64,000 bases of DNA from Octopus vulgaris (taxonomy: Eukaryota): assembly GCA_951406725.2 (NCBI GenBank), contig OX597814.1, positions 141,298,001-141,362,000 on the forward strand, given 5' to 3'. Positions 39,319-53,139 of this stretch are shown in pieces. Below the pieces are notes generated by a model. That model had not been told where the DNA came from. It saw only the letters and a list, made by a program, of their open reading frames with translations, and searched no databases. Within the stretch, counting starts at the first letter, position 1. Each line of letters starts with the position of its first letter. Made by a program: the position numbers and the translations under genes.

Positions 39319-41940
39319 AGGAAAAAATTTTTTTTAAATGCAGAATGCTCAAATGAAAGAAAATTTTAATAAAATGAGAAAATGATAAAATATATAAATA
39401 TATATATTTATTCAACCGGTTTTCGTCAATGTATGACTTGTCAAGAATATTTATGTTTTAAGAAGTTTTTTAAAAATTAGAAAGGGGAAAAAAAGAAAAT
39501 TGCAATGTTTTTTGTAAAAGAATAATGATAAAAATGTACAAAAATTAAAAAATAAGTTCTCCGATACATTGTGAGTTCGTTGTGTATCTTGAGTTTTATG
39601 GTTGTTTACCAAAAAATTACCTTGAGGTGTTAAGATCCAAAGGGATTAAGAGCATGTGATGTGTTGTGTTGTTAAATTCAGCATGTTGCAGGACAGGAAG
39701 TAGTAGTAATTGTGGTCCTGGTTCTTCAGTTCCTGTGTTGTGAGTAAGGGGAGACAACTCTTTTGAGTTCTTCAATAAAACCCAAATTATAAAACTATCA
39801 TTTTAGCTTCATTTGCATTATCTTTTTTATATAAATGCTTGTTAACTTAACTTTCAGATTTTAACACTTGATTTATATTATTTTCTAATAATATAAAACT
39901 GCATAGACAATTGCATTTCAAATTGTCATATCATTTATAATAAAAATGATAGTAGTAACAACAACAATAGTGAAAATGATATTTAAAGAATATAAGTTTT
40001 AGCTTGAAGTGGTGAATGCATGGTATCTTTATATATTTGTGTTAGTCCATCCATGAAGAGTGAGGTAGAGAAAGGAAGTTTGATCAACGAGGAGTTTGCA
40101 TATTAAGTTGTGTTTGGAATTTTTCAATAAAGAGATTCTCCTTGTTAATTCTCTCCTGTGTGGTGATCCCGTCTTTACATTGGTAGAAGGGGAATATATA
40201 GAATTTGGGGTTTAAGTCTTTAGCACATGAGTCTAAGTGGTCACTCAGTGGAATTTGTCGGTATTCCGGGAGATTTATTTGTTCTTTATGCACCGTTACT
40301 CGTTTACGTAACGGGAGACTCGTTTGTCCCACATAATTATGTTGGCAACCAGCGCATGTGAGAACGTAGATAAGGTTCTCGGAGGAACAGGAGAAGTTAG
40401 TCTTGATTTTAAACTTCGTACCTTGTTTGAAGGTAAATTCAGAGCCTTCAAGTAGAAAGGGGCAGGTACCACAGTTTGAGCGTGCACATTTTTTTACTGT
40501 TGGGGGTGGATGTGGTGTGTGAAGTTTGGCATTTGTCAAGAGTTTTTTTAAAGATTTGTGTTGCCTTTTGCATTTGAGGATTTTGTGTGTATTTATAATG
40601 TTTTTCATTTTTGGGTCTGTTGACAGTAGACTGAGGTTTTGTATGATTGTGGTGTATGCTTCGATATTTTTGGGGTTGTGGGTGGAAATGTATGGAAGTA
40701 TTTTGAGGTTGTGTGTGGTGTTAGGTTGGGTGGTTATCAGTGTAGTGTTGTCTAGTTCTTTGGCGCGTTTTATTCCATACTCTATAAGGGTGGAGGGATA
40801 TTGACGTTGTAATAGTGTTTTTTTGAGGTCTTGAAGGCGTATTTCTCGTGTTTTTGGATCCGAGACAATGGTGCATACCCTTTTAGCTAAATTGAAAGGG
40901 ATATTTGTCTTGGTGTGTTTTGGGTGGCATGAACTAAAGAGGAGGTATTGTTGTGAGTCTGTAGGTTTGTGGTAGATGTCTGTTATGATTTGGTTCTTAG
41001 GTGTTTTTATAATTAGGAGATCAAGGAATGGGAGATGATGTTTGCTTAATTCCATAGTGAATTGGATGTTGGGATGTATGTTGTTTAGTATGGTTTTGAA
41101 TTCCAGGAGTTTTTCATAAGGTTCTTTCCATATGATGAAACAATCATCTAAATACCTTTTCCAGTTTTCCATTAGGTAGGTGTGGAAAACATGTCCAAAT
41201 TTCTGGCTTGATATTTCATAGAGTGACAGTTCGAAGTAACCCATTATGAGGTTCGCAAGGACTGGTGCAGCCTTGGTACCCATCGCAATGCCACATTTTT
41301 GACGGTAGTGTGTGTCGTCGAAGAGAAAAAAATTGTTTGTCAGAATGAACTTAAGAGATTCTGTAATAAAAGACTTGTTAATGCGGTCAGGGAATGTCTC
41401 TGGGTGTTTTTCTAGCCAGAAGTCAATTGCCTCTATACCATACTCATGTGGAATGTTGGTGTAGAGGTTGATGACATCAAAGGATACCAGGAGTGCCTCC
41501 TCGTTAACTGTTTTCGGGAGGTGTTTGAGCATGTCCAGATCATCCCTAATGAAACTTTTGATGTGGGTAAGGAAAGGTTTCAAAAGGATGTCTAGGAAGT
41601 TACTCAGGCGGTGTGTTTCACAGGAGGTACCAGCCACGATGGGCCTTAGTTTTAGGTCCTCCGGTGCTTTGATGTTGATGTGGATGTCAGTGGAGAGTTT
41701 GCAGGCTTCGGTGATGTATTTGTTTTTATGGATTTTAGGAAGGCCATAAAAAAGGCTGGGCTTGCATTTGAAAATGGTGATATAATCCCTTTCTTTTTCT
41801 GTGAGTCCCTGACCGTGTTGGCGTATGAGTGTGGTGAGGTTTCTGATTGTTTTTTGCTGTTTGTAGTTGTTAATAACCTCATAGAAAATGTTATTGTTAA
41901 GCATGGAGAACACTAGGTGTTTATAAAATTCCGTTATAAA
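39315..41940 (-). mobile_element. Neptune-type Penelope-like element, left arm of palindrome (5'-truncated)
   Basis: Contains an uninterrupted RT-GIY-YIG ORF and a ~770-bp 3' UTR ending at (TA)n. Confidence 0.95.
40084..41940 (-). CDS. PLE reverse transcriptase + GIY-YIG endonuclease (N-terminally truncated, ~618 aa open)
   Basis: FYGLPKIHK, LRPIVAG, LVSFDVINLYTNIP, YRQKCGIAMGT, RYLDDCF, LPFLDL, HPKH, Neptune-type CARSNCGTC, NLIYVLTC..C...YVGQT...LRKRVTVH. The first 9 aa of the track ORF come from the antisense of the right arm. Confidence 0.95.
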   Translation of the reverse strand, partial: FITEFYKHLVFSMLNNNIFYEVINNYKQQKTIRNLTTLIRQHGQGLTEKERDYITIFKCKPSLFYGLPKIHKNKYITEACKLSTDIHINIKAPEDLKLRPIVAGTSCETHRLSNFLDILLKPFLTHIKSFIRDDLDMLKHLPKTVNEEALLVSFDVINLYTNIPHEYGIEAIDFWLEKHPETFPDRINKSFITESLKFILTNNFFLFDDTHYRQKCGIAMGTKAAPVLANLIMGYFELSLYEISSQKFGHVFHTYLMENWKRYLDDCFIIWKEPYEKLLEFKTILNNIHPNIQFTMELSKHHLPFLDLLIIKTPKNQIITDIYHKPTDSQQYLLFSSCHPKHTKTNIPFNLAKRVCTIVSDPKTREIRLQDLKKTLLQRQYPSTLIEYGIKRAKELDNTTLITTQPNTTHNLKILPYISTHNPKNIEAYTTIIQNLSLLSTDPKMKNIINTHKILKCKRQHKSLKKLLTNAKLHTPHPPPTVKKCARSNCGTCPFLLEGSEFTFKQGTKFKIKTNFSCSSENLIYVLTCAGCQHNYVGQTSLPLRKRVTVHKEQINLPEYRQIPLSDHLDSCAKDLNPKFYIFPFYQCKDGITTQERINKENLFIEKFQTQLNMQTPR

Positions 41941-44165
41941 ACTCCTGGTATCCTTTGATGTCATCAACCTCTACAACATTCCACATGAGTATGGTATAGA
42001 GGCAATTGACTTCTGGCTAGAAAAACACCCAGAGACATTCCCTGACCGCATTAACAAGTCTTTTATTACAGAATCTCTTAAGTTCATTCTGACAAACAAT
42101 TTTTTTCTCTTCGACGACACACACTACCGTCAAAAATGTGGCATTGCGATGGGTACCAAGGCTGCACCAGTCCTTGCGAACCTCATAATGGGTTACTTCG
42201 AACTGTCACTCTATGAAATATCAAGCCAGAAATTTGGACATGTTTTCCACACCTACCTAATGGAAAACTGGAAAAGGTATTTAGATGATTGTTTCATCAT
42301 ATGGAAAGAACCTTATGAAAAACTCCTGGAATTCAAAACCATACTAAACAACATACATCCCAACATCCAATTCACTATGGAATTTAAGCAAACATCATCT
42401 CCCATTCCTTGATCTCCTAATTATAAAAACACCTAAGAACCAAATCATAACAGACATCTACCACAAACCTACAGACTCACAACAATACCTCCTCTTTAGT
42501 TCATGCCACCCAAAACACACCAAGACAAATATCCCTTTCAATTTAGCTAAAAGGGTATGCACCATTGTCTCGGATCCAAAAACACGAGAAATACGCCTTC
42601 AAGACCTCAAAAAAACACTATTACAACGTCAATATCCCTCCACCCTTATAGAGTATGGAATAAAACGCGCCAAAGAACTAGACAACACTACACTGATAAC
42701 CACCCAACCTAACACCACACACAACCTCAAAATACTTCCATACATTTCCACCCACAACCCCAAAAATATCGAAGCATACACCACAATCATACAAAACCTC
42801 AGTCTACTGTCAACAGACCCAAAAATGAAAAACATTATAAATACACACAAAATCCTCAAATGCAAAAGGCAACACAAATCTTTAAAAAAACTCTTGACAA
42901 ATGCCAAACTTCACACACCACATCCACCCCCAACAGTAAAAAAATGTGCACGCTCAAACTGTGGTACCTGCCCCTTTCTACTTGAAGGCTCTGAATTTAC
43001 CTTCAAACAAGGTACGAAGTTTAAAATCAAGACTAACTTCTCCTGTTCCTCCGAGAACCTTATCTACGTTCTCACATGCGCTGGTTGCCAACATAATTAT
43101 GTGGGACAAACGAGTCTCCCGTTACGTAAACGAGTAACGGTGCATAAAGAACAAATAAATCTCCCGGAATACCGACAAATTCCACTGAGTGACCACTTAG
43201 ACTCATGTGCTAAAGACTTAAACCCCAAATTCTATATATTCCCCTTCTACCAATGTAAAGACGGGATCACCACACAGGAGAGAATTAACAAGGAGAATCT
43301 CTTTATTGAAAAATTCCAAACACAACTTAATATGCAAACTCCTCGTTGATCAAACTTCCTTTCTCTACCTCACTCTTCATGGATGGACTAACACAAATAT
43401 ATAAAGATACCATGCATTCACCACTTCAAGCTAAAACTTATATTCTTTAAATATCATTTTCACTATTGTTGTTGTTACTACTATCATTTTTATTATAAAT
43501 GATATGACAATTTGAAATGCAATTGTCTATGCAGTTTTATATTATTAGAAAATAATATAAATAAAGTGTTAAAATCTGAAAGTTAAGTTAACAAGCAATT
43601 ATATAAAAAAAGATAATGCAAATGAAGCTAAAATGATAGTTTTATAATTTGGGTTTTATTGAAGAACTCAAAAGAGTTGTCTCCCCTTACTCACAACACA
43701 GGAACTGAAGAACCAGGACCACAATTACTACTACTTCCTGTCCTGCAACATGCTGAATTTAACAACACAACACATCACATGCTCTTAATCCCTTTGGATC
43801 TTAACACCTCAAGGTAATTTTTTGGTAAACAACCATAAAACTCAAGATACACAACGAACTCACAATGTATCGGAGAACTTATTTTTTAATTTTTGTACAT
43901 TTTTATCATTATTCTTTTACAAAAAACATTGCAATTTTCTTTTTTCCCCTTTCTAATTTTTAAAAAAACTTCTTAAAACATAAATATTCTTGACAAGTCA
44001 TACATTGACGAAAACCGGTTGAATAAATATATATATTTATATATTTTATCATTTTCTCATTTTATTAAAATTTTCTTTCATTTGAGCATTCTGCATTTTA
44101 AAAAAATTTTTCCTTACTTATCATTTCTCCACGTGCGGTCAACACAACCCCACCATTTATTGATC
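41941..44165 (+). mobile_element. Neptune-type PLE, right arm (inverted near-identical copy; 3-bp deletion ~41975, +1 frameshift ~42385)
   Basis: 41941-44118 is the reverse complement of 39315-41494. ORF pieces 42149-42412 and 42825-43349 repeat the left-arm protein. Confidence 0.95.
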
Positions 44166-44650
44166 TATATATATATATATATATATATTTACATATATAT
44201 GAGTATGTGTGTGTGTGTGTGTGTTGATCTGATGATGTCTTCTTTGTGGATTCCTCTATCCCCTTCTGACACATGGTGCATGTAAGAACTTAATTTTCTC
44301 GAGGCGGTTAATGAAGGTACGTATGCTATTTAGGTTTATATTCCGACTTGATTATACGTGTCGAATTTCATGATAGCCTCTAAATCCACCGATCATAGGT
44401 GGTGTGTTCAGCCACTTTGCCGTTCAAAATCGACAGCTGTAGAAATGTACCTGAAATGAATGCGATTTTAGCCATCAGTATGCAGAACTACATCAAAACT
44501 ATATTTTTAAAAAAATAATAATCTGGTGAAAATTCGAATAACTTCAAGTGGTTGGAGGAGTTTAAACAAGATCTCTCATTGAAGCTACGAAACGGATTAT
44601 TGAAAATATGATAATTAAGGAAGCTGTAGTTGTTAATAAAATAATTTCTA

Positions 44651-45115
44651 CTGTGTGGTAAGAAGTTTGCTTCTCAACAGCGTGGTTCCGGCTTAATTGC
44701 TACAGCTTGGCACCTTGCGCGGCCATCTTCTACTATAGTCTCAGGATGACCAAAGCTTAGTGAGGGGATCTAGCAGACGGAAACTGAAAGAAGCCCGTTG
44801 AATACGTGTGTGGGTGTGCATGTGTGTGTGTACGTGTTTATGTGTCTATGTATGTGTGCATGTGTATGTGTGTGTGTGCATGTGTGTTTGCATGTGTGTG
44901 TGTCTGTATGCATGTGTATGTGTAAGGGAGGTACGTGTCTGTGTTTGTGTTTGTCTCCACCACCACTTGGCAACCGGTGTTGATTTGTTTACATCCCCAT
45001 AACAAAGCGACTCGGCAAAAAACACCAATAGAATAAGTACCAGACTTAAAAATAATAAGTACTGAGGTCAATTTGCCCCAGCATAGCAGTGGTTCACTGC
45101 CTGAAACAAGTAAAA
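44651..45115 (+). mobile_element. SINE family B (diverged)
   Basis: Matches family B. Confidence 0.7.
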
Positions 45116-45145
45116 AAAAAGGTTACAATATATATATTGTAGGAA

Positions 45146-45545
45146 AGTGGTGAGCTGGTAGAAACGTTAGCACACCGGGCGAAATGCTTAGCGGCATTTC
45201 GTCTGCCGCTACGTTCTGAGTTCAAATTCCGCCGAGGTCGACTTTGCCTTTCATCCTTTCGGGGTCGATTAAATAAGTACCAGTTATGCACTGGGGTCGA
45301 TATAATCGACTTAATCCGTTTGTCTGTCCTTGTTTGTCCCCTCGGTGTTTAGCCCCTTGTGGGTAGTAAAGAAATAGGTATTTCGTCTGTCTTTACGTTC
45401 TGAGTTCAAATTCCGTCGAGGTCGACTTTGCCTTTCATCCTTTCAGGGTCGATGAATTAAGTACCAGTTGCGTCCTGGGGACGATCTAATCGACTTGTCC
45501 CCACTCCCCAAAATTTCGGGCTTTGTGCCTAGAGTAGAAAAGAAT
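45146..45545 (+). mobile_element. SINE family A followed by a second, 5'-truncated family A copy
   Basis: Full copy 45146-45379, then restarts at ggtatttcgtctg. Confidence 0.8.
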
Positions 45546-45579
45546 ATATATGTGTGGGTGTGTGTATTGGTTTCAAATT

Positions 45580-45795
45580 TTGGTACATGGTCAGCAATTT
45601 TGGTGGAGGAGGAGGAGGAGGAGAAGGAGGGGCGGAAGTCGATTGCATCGACCCCATAACTCAACTGGTACTTATTTTACCGACCCCCGAAAAGATGAAA
45701 GGCAAAGTCTTCCCCGGTGTCATTTGAACTCAGAATGTGAAGTCGAAAGAAATGTCGCTAAGCATTTTGACCAACGCTGTAACGATTCTGCCAGT
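45580..45795 (-). mobile_element. SINE family A (inverted relative to the previous copy)
   Basis: Reverse complement match. Confidence 0.7.
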
Positions 45796-45812
45796 ATGTG
45801 TGTGTGCATACA

Positions 45813-45861
<49 letters not shown>

Positions 45862-46326
45862 GCATACAGAGGCATAGATACACACACACATATACATATA
45901 ATAGTCGTAAGTGTGACTGAATATATGTAGAGTTCAGATGAGTTGTATCTGTGACACTGTCTTAATACCCTTTTCGATTGAGTTCATTTCACGTACTTAA
46001 CACGTACCCTTCTAACCAGTCTTCCACTCATGGGTTCCACAACTTTCCGTGTTAAAACCACCATTTAAATTGTTTGCCAAACGAACAATCTAGAGGTGGT
46101 TTGGTTCCGCAAGGTTAGCTTTCCTTTCGTCACGATCAGAGAAAACAAAAGCTTTCAATGATGCCTTCCCAAAAAGCTTACGAGATACGGTACATTACTT
46201 TTAACTCATCGAGTCAAGATTCAAAGTCATTCAAAAAGTCACTCTTTAATAAACTGAATAAAGCAAAACTATAAAATGATGTTTCGGTCTCGCTCACTAC
46301 CACCTATCCTTACATCTCTTCCAAGA

Positions 46327-46336
46327 CTTCTTCATC

Positions 46337-46396
<60 letters not shown>

Positions 46397-46458
46397 TTTT
46401 CCTTTTTTTTTCTTTCTTTCTTTCTTTTTTCTTTCTTTCTTCCTTTCTTCCTTTCTTC

Positions 46459-46495
<37 letters not shown>

Positions 46496-46662
46496 TTCCT
46501 TTCTTTCTTCCTTCCTTTCTTTCTTTCTTCCTTTCTTTCTTCCTTCCTTCGTCTCTTCCTTTCTCCCTCCCTCCCTCCCTCCCTCCCTCCCTCCCTTCCT
46601 ACCTTCCTTCCTTCCTTTCTTTCTTTCTTCCTTCTTTCCTTTCTTCCTTTATTTCTATCTCT
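46327..46662. repeat. (TTTC)n/(CCTT)n/(CCCT)n polypyrimidine tract
   Basis: Direct reading of the sequence. Confidence 0.95.
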
Positions 46663-46674
46663 CTGTGTGTATAC

Positions 46675-46758
<84 letters not shown>

Positions 46759-46779
46759 ATGTGTGTGTGTATACATATA

Positions 46780-47653
46780 CAGCCTTTGCCAAAAGTATTA
46801 GGCCACCCCAATATTTTGGGGTTCTGCTATCTCAATATTAATGAAACTCGTGCACATGGTAGATTATGGTACATTTCACAATATACATTAGTTTTAATAT
46901 CTGGTTGACCCTCCTTTAGCATCAATTATCACTTTTATACTGTACTGTACATATGCAACCAATTATGAGTAAGACCAACGTCTGAAATGAACTTATGTTT
47001 CCTTGATTATTTCAGAGATTTATGCTAAAGTACATTGTAGATACAGTTAATAAACAGTAAAATGCCTAAAACAAGGGAGTTGAATGAGTGTGAGCGAGGT
47101 CAAATCGTAGCTCATCGTGAAGATGGAATGTCTCAAAGGCAAATTGCTCAGAAGATGAAATATTCTTGATGTGAAGTGCAAACGACTCTCAAGCGCTTCA
47201 GAGAGACAAAAGATGTGAAAGCAATACAAAGAACAGGTAGTAAAAAAGGTTACATCACCTCGTGATGATAGGTCCATCATCCGTCAGTTGCCCAGAAGCA
47301 GAAGAAAAACATCGTCAGAGCTCCGTGCGGACTTCAACGTGGCAAGTACTTCACAAATATCAACCAGAACTGTTAGAAGAAGGCTTGTAGAGTACGGTCT
47401 GAAAGGCTGCAAACCAGAAAGAAGCCGTGGGTTTCTGAAGCGAATATGGAAAAACGTCTTCAGTGGGCCAAAACCCGCTCAAATTGGACCAGTGAGCAAT
47501 GTTCGAGAATCATATGATCTGATGAAAGTAACTATGAAGTACAATAGTACATGTATTCAATCAACATATAAACTTAATGTAACTGGTTTGTTGCCCAAAA
47601 TATTGAAAAAAGTATCTAACATTGAGGTGGCCTAATACTTTTGGCCAAGGCTG
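46780..47653 (+). mobile_element. internally deleted Tc1-like element
   Basis: 28-bp TIRs cagcctttgccaaaagtattaggccacc / ggtggcctaatacttttggccaaggctg with TA TSD. MPKTRELNECERGQIV...STRTVRRRL..GL...SDES is the HTH region up to the first catalytic D. Confidence 0.9.
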
Positions 47654-47862
47654 TACATATATCTTTTGCGCGCGAATTTTACACGTGTAGAAGCTTTTTT
47701 GAACAATTTTTATCCTGAAAATCACCTGCGTGAATTACACAGGTGCGCAAATTACATATTTTTTTTACGGTATATAAATGTATATACATACACGTATATA
47801 TATGTATATAACACACACTCACGCACATATATACACACAAATATACGCATACGTATGCATGC

Positions 47863-47948
47863 AGGCGAGGCTGTGTGGTAAGTAGCTTGCTTCACAACTA
47901 CATGGTTTGTGAGTGGATTTGGTCGACGGAAACCGAAAGAAACTCGTC

Positions 47949-48006
<58 letters not shown>

Positions 48007-48240
48007 ATGTGTATCTGTGTGTGTGTGTGCGTGTGTGTGTGTGTTTTTCCCCTAACCATCGCTTGCCAACTGATGTTGGTGTGTTTATGTCCCCGAAATA
48101 TAGCGGTTCCGCTAAAGAAACCGATAGAATAAGTACTAGGATTACAAAGAATAAGTCCTGGGGTCGATTTGCTCGACTAAAGGGGTGCTCCAGCATGGCC
48201 GCAGCCAAATGACTGAAATAAGTAAAAGAATAAAACAATA
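47863..48240 (+). mobile_element. SINE family B
   Basis: Matches family B with an internal deletion. Confidence 0.8.
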
Positions 48241-48764
48241 AAAATATATACGGACATACACTGACAGAGAGAGGGAAAGAGAGAAAGAGAGAGAGAGAGT
48301 GCTGTTGATTCACCGAAAAGCGATAAATTACAGAACTCAATACATAAACTTAAAGCACTCTTTAATACATTTTAACTGAAAGGCTGGATATTTATGGTTA
48401 TCGTCACTGCATGTCGAAATCTTTAAAAAATGTTAACGTATAATATAGGTGCAATTTTTGATGCTGGATCCGGATTTGTTGTTCATTTATTCCAGAAAAA
48501 TTTTACTAAAATGTTACAAGTGTTCAAAGTTCGATAATTTTCAGAATTTTCAGCCAATTAGAAAACAGCTCGTTTGCTGCCTCTTCCATCATCTACCACA
48601 GTAGCGATAAGGTATGGCGGAGGGGGGCACCGGCATGTCAAAAACATTAAACTATCTGCAGTAAACGGTGAAAAACATTAAAACATTCGCTGATGCAACT
48701 TTGGCTTTGGGAAATGTTTGGAGGTACTCATCACGATCAAGCCATTGACCTGATCATTTACAGT

Positions 48765-49424
48765 TATCATAAAGGCTCCACTTTTCATCACAAGTGACTA
48801 TTCGGTCAAGAAAAGAATCATTGGTGTTTCGCAGAAAGAGCATCGATCACACTTCAAAACGCCGAACTTTTTGAATTGCATTGACCTCATGCGGTACCGA
48901 TTTATCGAGCTTTTTCATCTTACCAATTTTCCGCAGATTGCGTGATGAGACCGTTACAGTACCGACACCTGAGACATTTCTCTGACACTTTGACGTGGGT
49001 TTTGTTCAACAATTGCTTTCAATTGTTCATTATCAAGACTGCATGACCGTCCTCTACTTTCTTCATCTTCAAGGCTCTCATCACTACTACAGAATTTCTG
49101 AAAACACCTTCGTACTCAACAGTCACTTGTGGATCCCTCTCCCCATGTTCTGTTGATATTGGCAGCAGTTTGGGAGGCGTTTTGCCCAAGTTTGAACTCA
49201 CGCAAGAAAAATACGCGAAAGTCCTTTTTTTGTCATGTTCATAATTAAGGGCGCCTATGCTTCAAGGACGTCTTCTATCTGAAATAAGTAGAAAATTATT
49301 AAAGAGCATATATCAATTATTAAGTATGTCGAAATTCACCTAAAATATAATTAAAATACTATGATAAAATTGCGTTTCAAAACACAACACTCAAAGCGGC
49401 CATTAGTTTTAGAACAACCTAATA
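48765..49424 (-). mobile_element. mariner 5' half relic
   Basis: TIR tattaggttgttctaaaactaatgg; IFLREFKLGQNASQTAANIN, SLEDEESRGR, FLDRIVTCDEKW. Confidence 0.8.
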
Positions 49425-50469
49425 CAATGTTATTTGAGTAAAATTTAGCTGTTATTTCTAGTATATATTGAGCCATTTGTTTTATATTATTGTTTCTTGT
49501 TGTTGTAGATTATGATGTTCAGTTTCACATCACCTTTGGCCCACTATCAAAGGTATTCCAGCTATGACCTTCCCAGCTGTTTTGGAGGGATGGTTGGTCT
49601 ATCTAAAACTATATTACCTTATGTGCCACTCCAGTTTTTGTATAGTATAATATAGGGTGTAATCTGAGTTGGGGGATTTCACTGCTATTTCTAGCTGCTA
49701 AGTGGTTCCCTTACTGATCCATTGGCTTATTAGTTGATAACTACCTTAAACGGAGATTGCATCAAGTTAAACGGTCCTAATTTTGGCACAAAATCAAATA
49801 TAAATGAAAAGATGATTTGGTTAATTCTACAGGAATTCTCTTAGAATTAATGCAGTAACATTACAAGAGAAATTTGGTTCTGTGCTCTAACGAGGTTTCG
49901 GTAATTCAATCAGCATTATGCCACAAGAGAAATGAAGATGACCAAAACCAATGAAAGACCAAAGTCAAAGAAACGGTATTTAATTTCGTCTTTAACTTCC
50001 ATTCCTTCAAGCGTCGATTAAAACAATTATCAATCATATATTTGTATATTAGATTAGTTATACCGCATACTACCTAGCAAAATTTTATTCTATATTTAGA
50101 TAAAATTACTCAATATTTATTTTAAGCAAATATGGTGAGAAGGAACAACACCTTTAATGCAAAAATATAGGATAGTTAAATGGGACGACAATATAGTAAT
50201 ATCTAATTATGGAAGAAGTCAATAATTTTTTGAGAAGAGCTTAACCAATTAAATCTACGTTAATACTTTGTTGGTATTTTATTTTATTGACCTCAGTAAT
50301 ATTTGAACGTAGAACTTAAAGAGCCAATATAGCAGTTCATTTTGTTTTATTCGACGATCCAACGATTCTGTACCGTTCATCGTACTTAGTACAACAATGT
50401 AATGAAACAGTTATCAATATTTGGGAATCTCAGTGTAGATATTCGATCTTCTGGAGATGCCAACCAAAT

Positions 50470-50493
50470 CATATATATACATATATATATATG

Positions 50494-50552
<59 letters not shown>

Positions 50553-50560
50553 GTACATAT

Positions 50561-50610
<50 letters not shown>

Positions 50611-50611
50611 G

Positions 50612-50685
<74 letters not shown>

Positions 50686-50725
50686 TACATATATATTTAT
50701 ATGTATACATACATACATACATACA

Positions 50726-50755
<30 letters not shown>
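50470..50755. repeat. (TA)n/(TACA)n microsatellite
   Basis: Direct reading of the sequence. Confidence 0.95.
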
Positions 50756-50756
<1 letters not shown>

Positions 50757-51899
50757 CAGGTCATCCCATAAGTTCTGTTCGAATTCTGAATAAAGAAAAC
50801 AAGTGATCAAATGTTATATTTAATTGAAATTTAATCATCAATGTACTTTCCCTGGTTATCTATGACTTCCTTTCATCTATTTACAAACTTTTTAATCCCA
50901 CCAATGTAAAACTCTTTTGGTTTCAAAGCGAAGAACTCTGAAATGTCAGTTTCGACCTCCTCCTGACTTACGAAAGCTATGTCCCCCAAATGATTCTGTA
51001 AACTACGAAACAAATGGTTGTCTGAAGGAGCAGGGTCAGGAAGGAGAATAAGGTGGATGGGGAATTTTTTCCCAACCAAGCTCTTCAAACGCTCTAATTA
51101 CTGACAGTAGACTTAAGCATTGATTGTTGCATTAGGTGAATTACTCCTTTGCAATCCCACCAGATAGAGATAAGAACCTTTTTCCATGAAATTCCATTCT
51201 CGGTTGTTGTTGAGCCTTTTCCCCTTTACCAAGCCACTGTTTACGACGTTTAACATTTCGATAGAAGATCCATTTTTCGTCACCAGTCACAACTCTATCC
51301 AAAAAGAGTGAAATGAGTTCGCGAGAATGGAGATAGCAGCAGATGTCAACTCGGGATCTGCAGTTGCTTTCGAACAATTCATGAGGCATCCATTTTCCAA
51401 GTTTAGGAACCTTTCCAAGTTGTTGAAGATGACGATGAACAGTTGTATGGTTTGAACTAATCTTTATTGCCAATTCTTCAACTGATAATGCAGGATTTTC
51501 TTCAAGTAATACCTCAAGGAGCTTATCAAACCCAACTTCATCTTCAAGGCTGAAATCTCCACTTCTAAATTTTGCAAAACATCTTCTACAAGTTATTTCA
51601 TTCAAGCATTCTTTCCCATAAACTGAGTGTATGTTTCGAGTCTCTTCGGCTGCAGAGTTTCCTTTTTGTACTCATAAAGCATAATGTGCTTCAAATGCTC
51701 TTTGGATACTTCCATGTTAGAAAGGGTTTCAATCAAAGAAATTTTAATAATATTATTCTGTAAAATAATATTTAATTAGTTTAAACATACACAAATGCAT
51801 AAAAATAATTTCTAATTCCATTAGACATTCTAAAATACTATTAAAATTCATTCAATTTTAAAAAAGGTAAAATCGGACAGAACTTATGGGATGACCTCA
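50756..51899 (-). mobile_element. mariner element with both TIRs; transposase pseudogene 50831-51715
   Basis: TIRs tcaggtcatcccataagttctg / cagaacttatgggatgacct; WMPHEL, VTGDEKW, PDPAPSDNHLFRSLQNHL; frameshifts and a deletion. Confidence 0.9.
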
Positions 51900-51921
51900 C
51901 ACACACACACACGCACATATA

Positions 51922-53078
51922 CTGGCCGTTGGACTCGGCGTTGCTCGTGTTTTCCATGTTGAGGTTAAGCCCACTTCTGATCTGGTATTGAAATCTTCTA
52001 TGTTTCCCGTGCCTAAAATATATTAAGATGTTATATCTGGTTCAGCAGGGGTTTTACCCGGTTGACGCTTTCGACATACTCCTACATTATGGACCGTCTG
52101 AAATCGCAGTCAAACTCTTGGATGTAGCTCGACACGTTGAGAGTGATGTTTGTTTATTTCTTTCCCCTTAATGCCGCCCTCTGTCCAAATTTGATCAGTG
52201 TGTCCAATCTCAGAAAACTCCGAAGTCAAGTGTTAAGGTTATGCCATAAAATAGAATCCATGTGACCATTTGCATGAAAATATCCCATTGACTTTTAAAT
52301 CACAATACATTACATGAATAATCGATGTTTCATAATTCGAAGTGCTTAATTGTACTCATGGATCAATTTTCTTCAAAACCAGTTCATTATTTTATTGTGA
52401 GTGAATTTTGACGATTTCTACCTTTCACCAGTTTAATTTTAATTCTACTACATGACTCGACCATAAACTTTACCTGAGTGTCAAATTTCATCAAAATTGG
52501 ATGAATTCTGTAAGCTCTTGATATTTTATAAAATAAAAAGAACTCTCTTACCCGCTATAATCAATCTTTAAATATTTTAATCTCGTAAAATATTAATCCT
52601 ATGCGTAATTGCATACAGCATAAAATATTAATCCTATGGGTAATTGCATACAGCATAAAATTTTAGCCCTCTGGGTAATTGCATACAAAAAGTCTATTGA
52701 CTTCTTAAAATCCCCCGCTCATGTACAATTAGCGACTTTTTGCCAACTCTTCATACTGGCATCAACTAATGGACATGAACTGTAATCATTTGTAAAATTT
52801 CTACAAAATCGATAAAACTGTCTGTAAGGAAATGCTTATTTGCATTTCTGGCCTTTTCAAACCCTTTAGAATTAAATAAACTTTTACGTCTCTCTCTCTC
52901 TCTCTGTATATGTATATTTCTTTGCGCGTATGTGTGAGTGCGTGTTTGCTTCGAGTGCCAAAAAGTACTGTCACCAAAACAGGTTCTATGCCGAGTGAGC
53001 TGTGCCGAATTGCCAGCGGCCAAACATATGCGGTCAATCGTCTCTTTCTGTTAAACCGCCTCATTTCACACACACACG

Positions 53079-53139
<61 letters not shown>

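Noticed and set aside
41941-41967. N-terminus MMTSKDTRS of the 627-aa ORF
   Set aside because: It is antisense read-in from the inverted right arm across the junction; the real ORF is 5'-truncated at 41940.
40526-42907. Duplicated 92-aa and 63-aa ORFs
   Set aside because: Antisense or alternate-frame shadows of the PLE ORF, duplicated by the palindrome.
52587-52690. 35-bp repeats of CRISPR-like length
   Set aside because: Head-to-tail with no spacers, in a eukaryotic context; a simple minisatellite.
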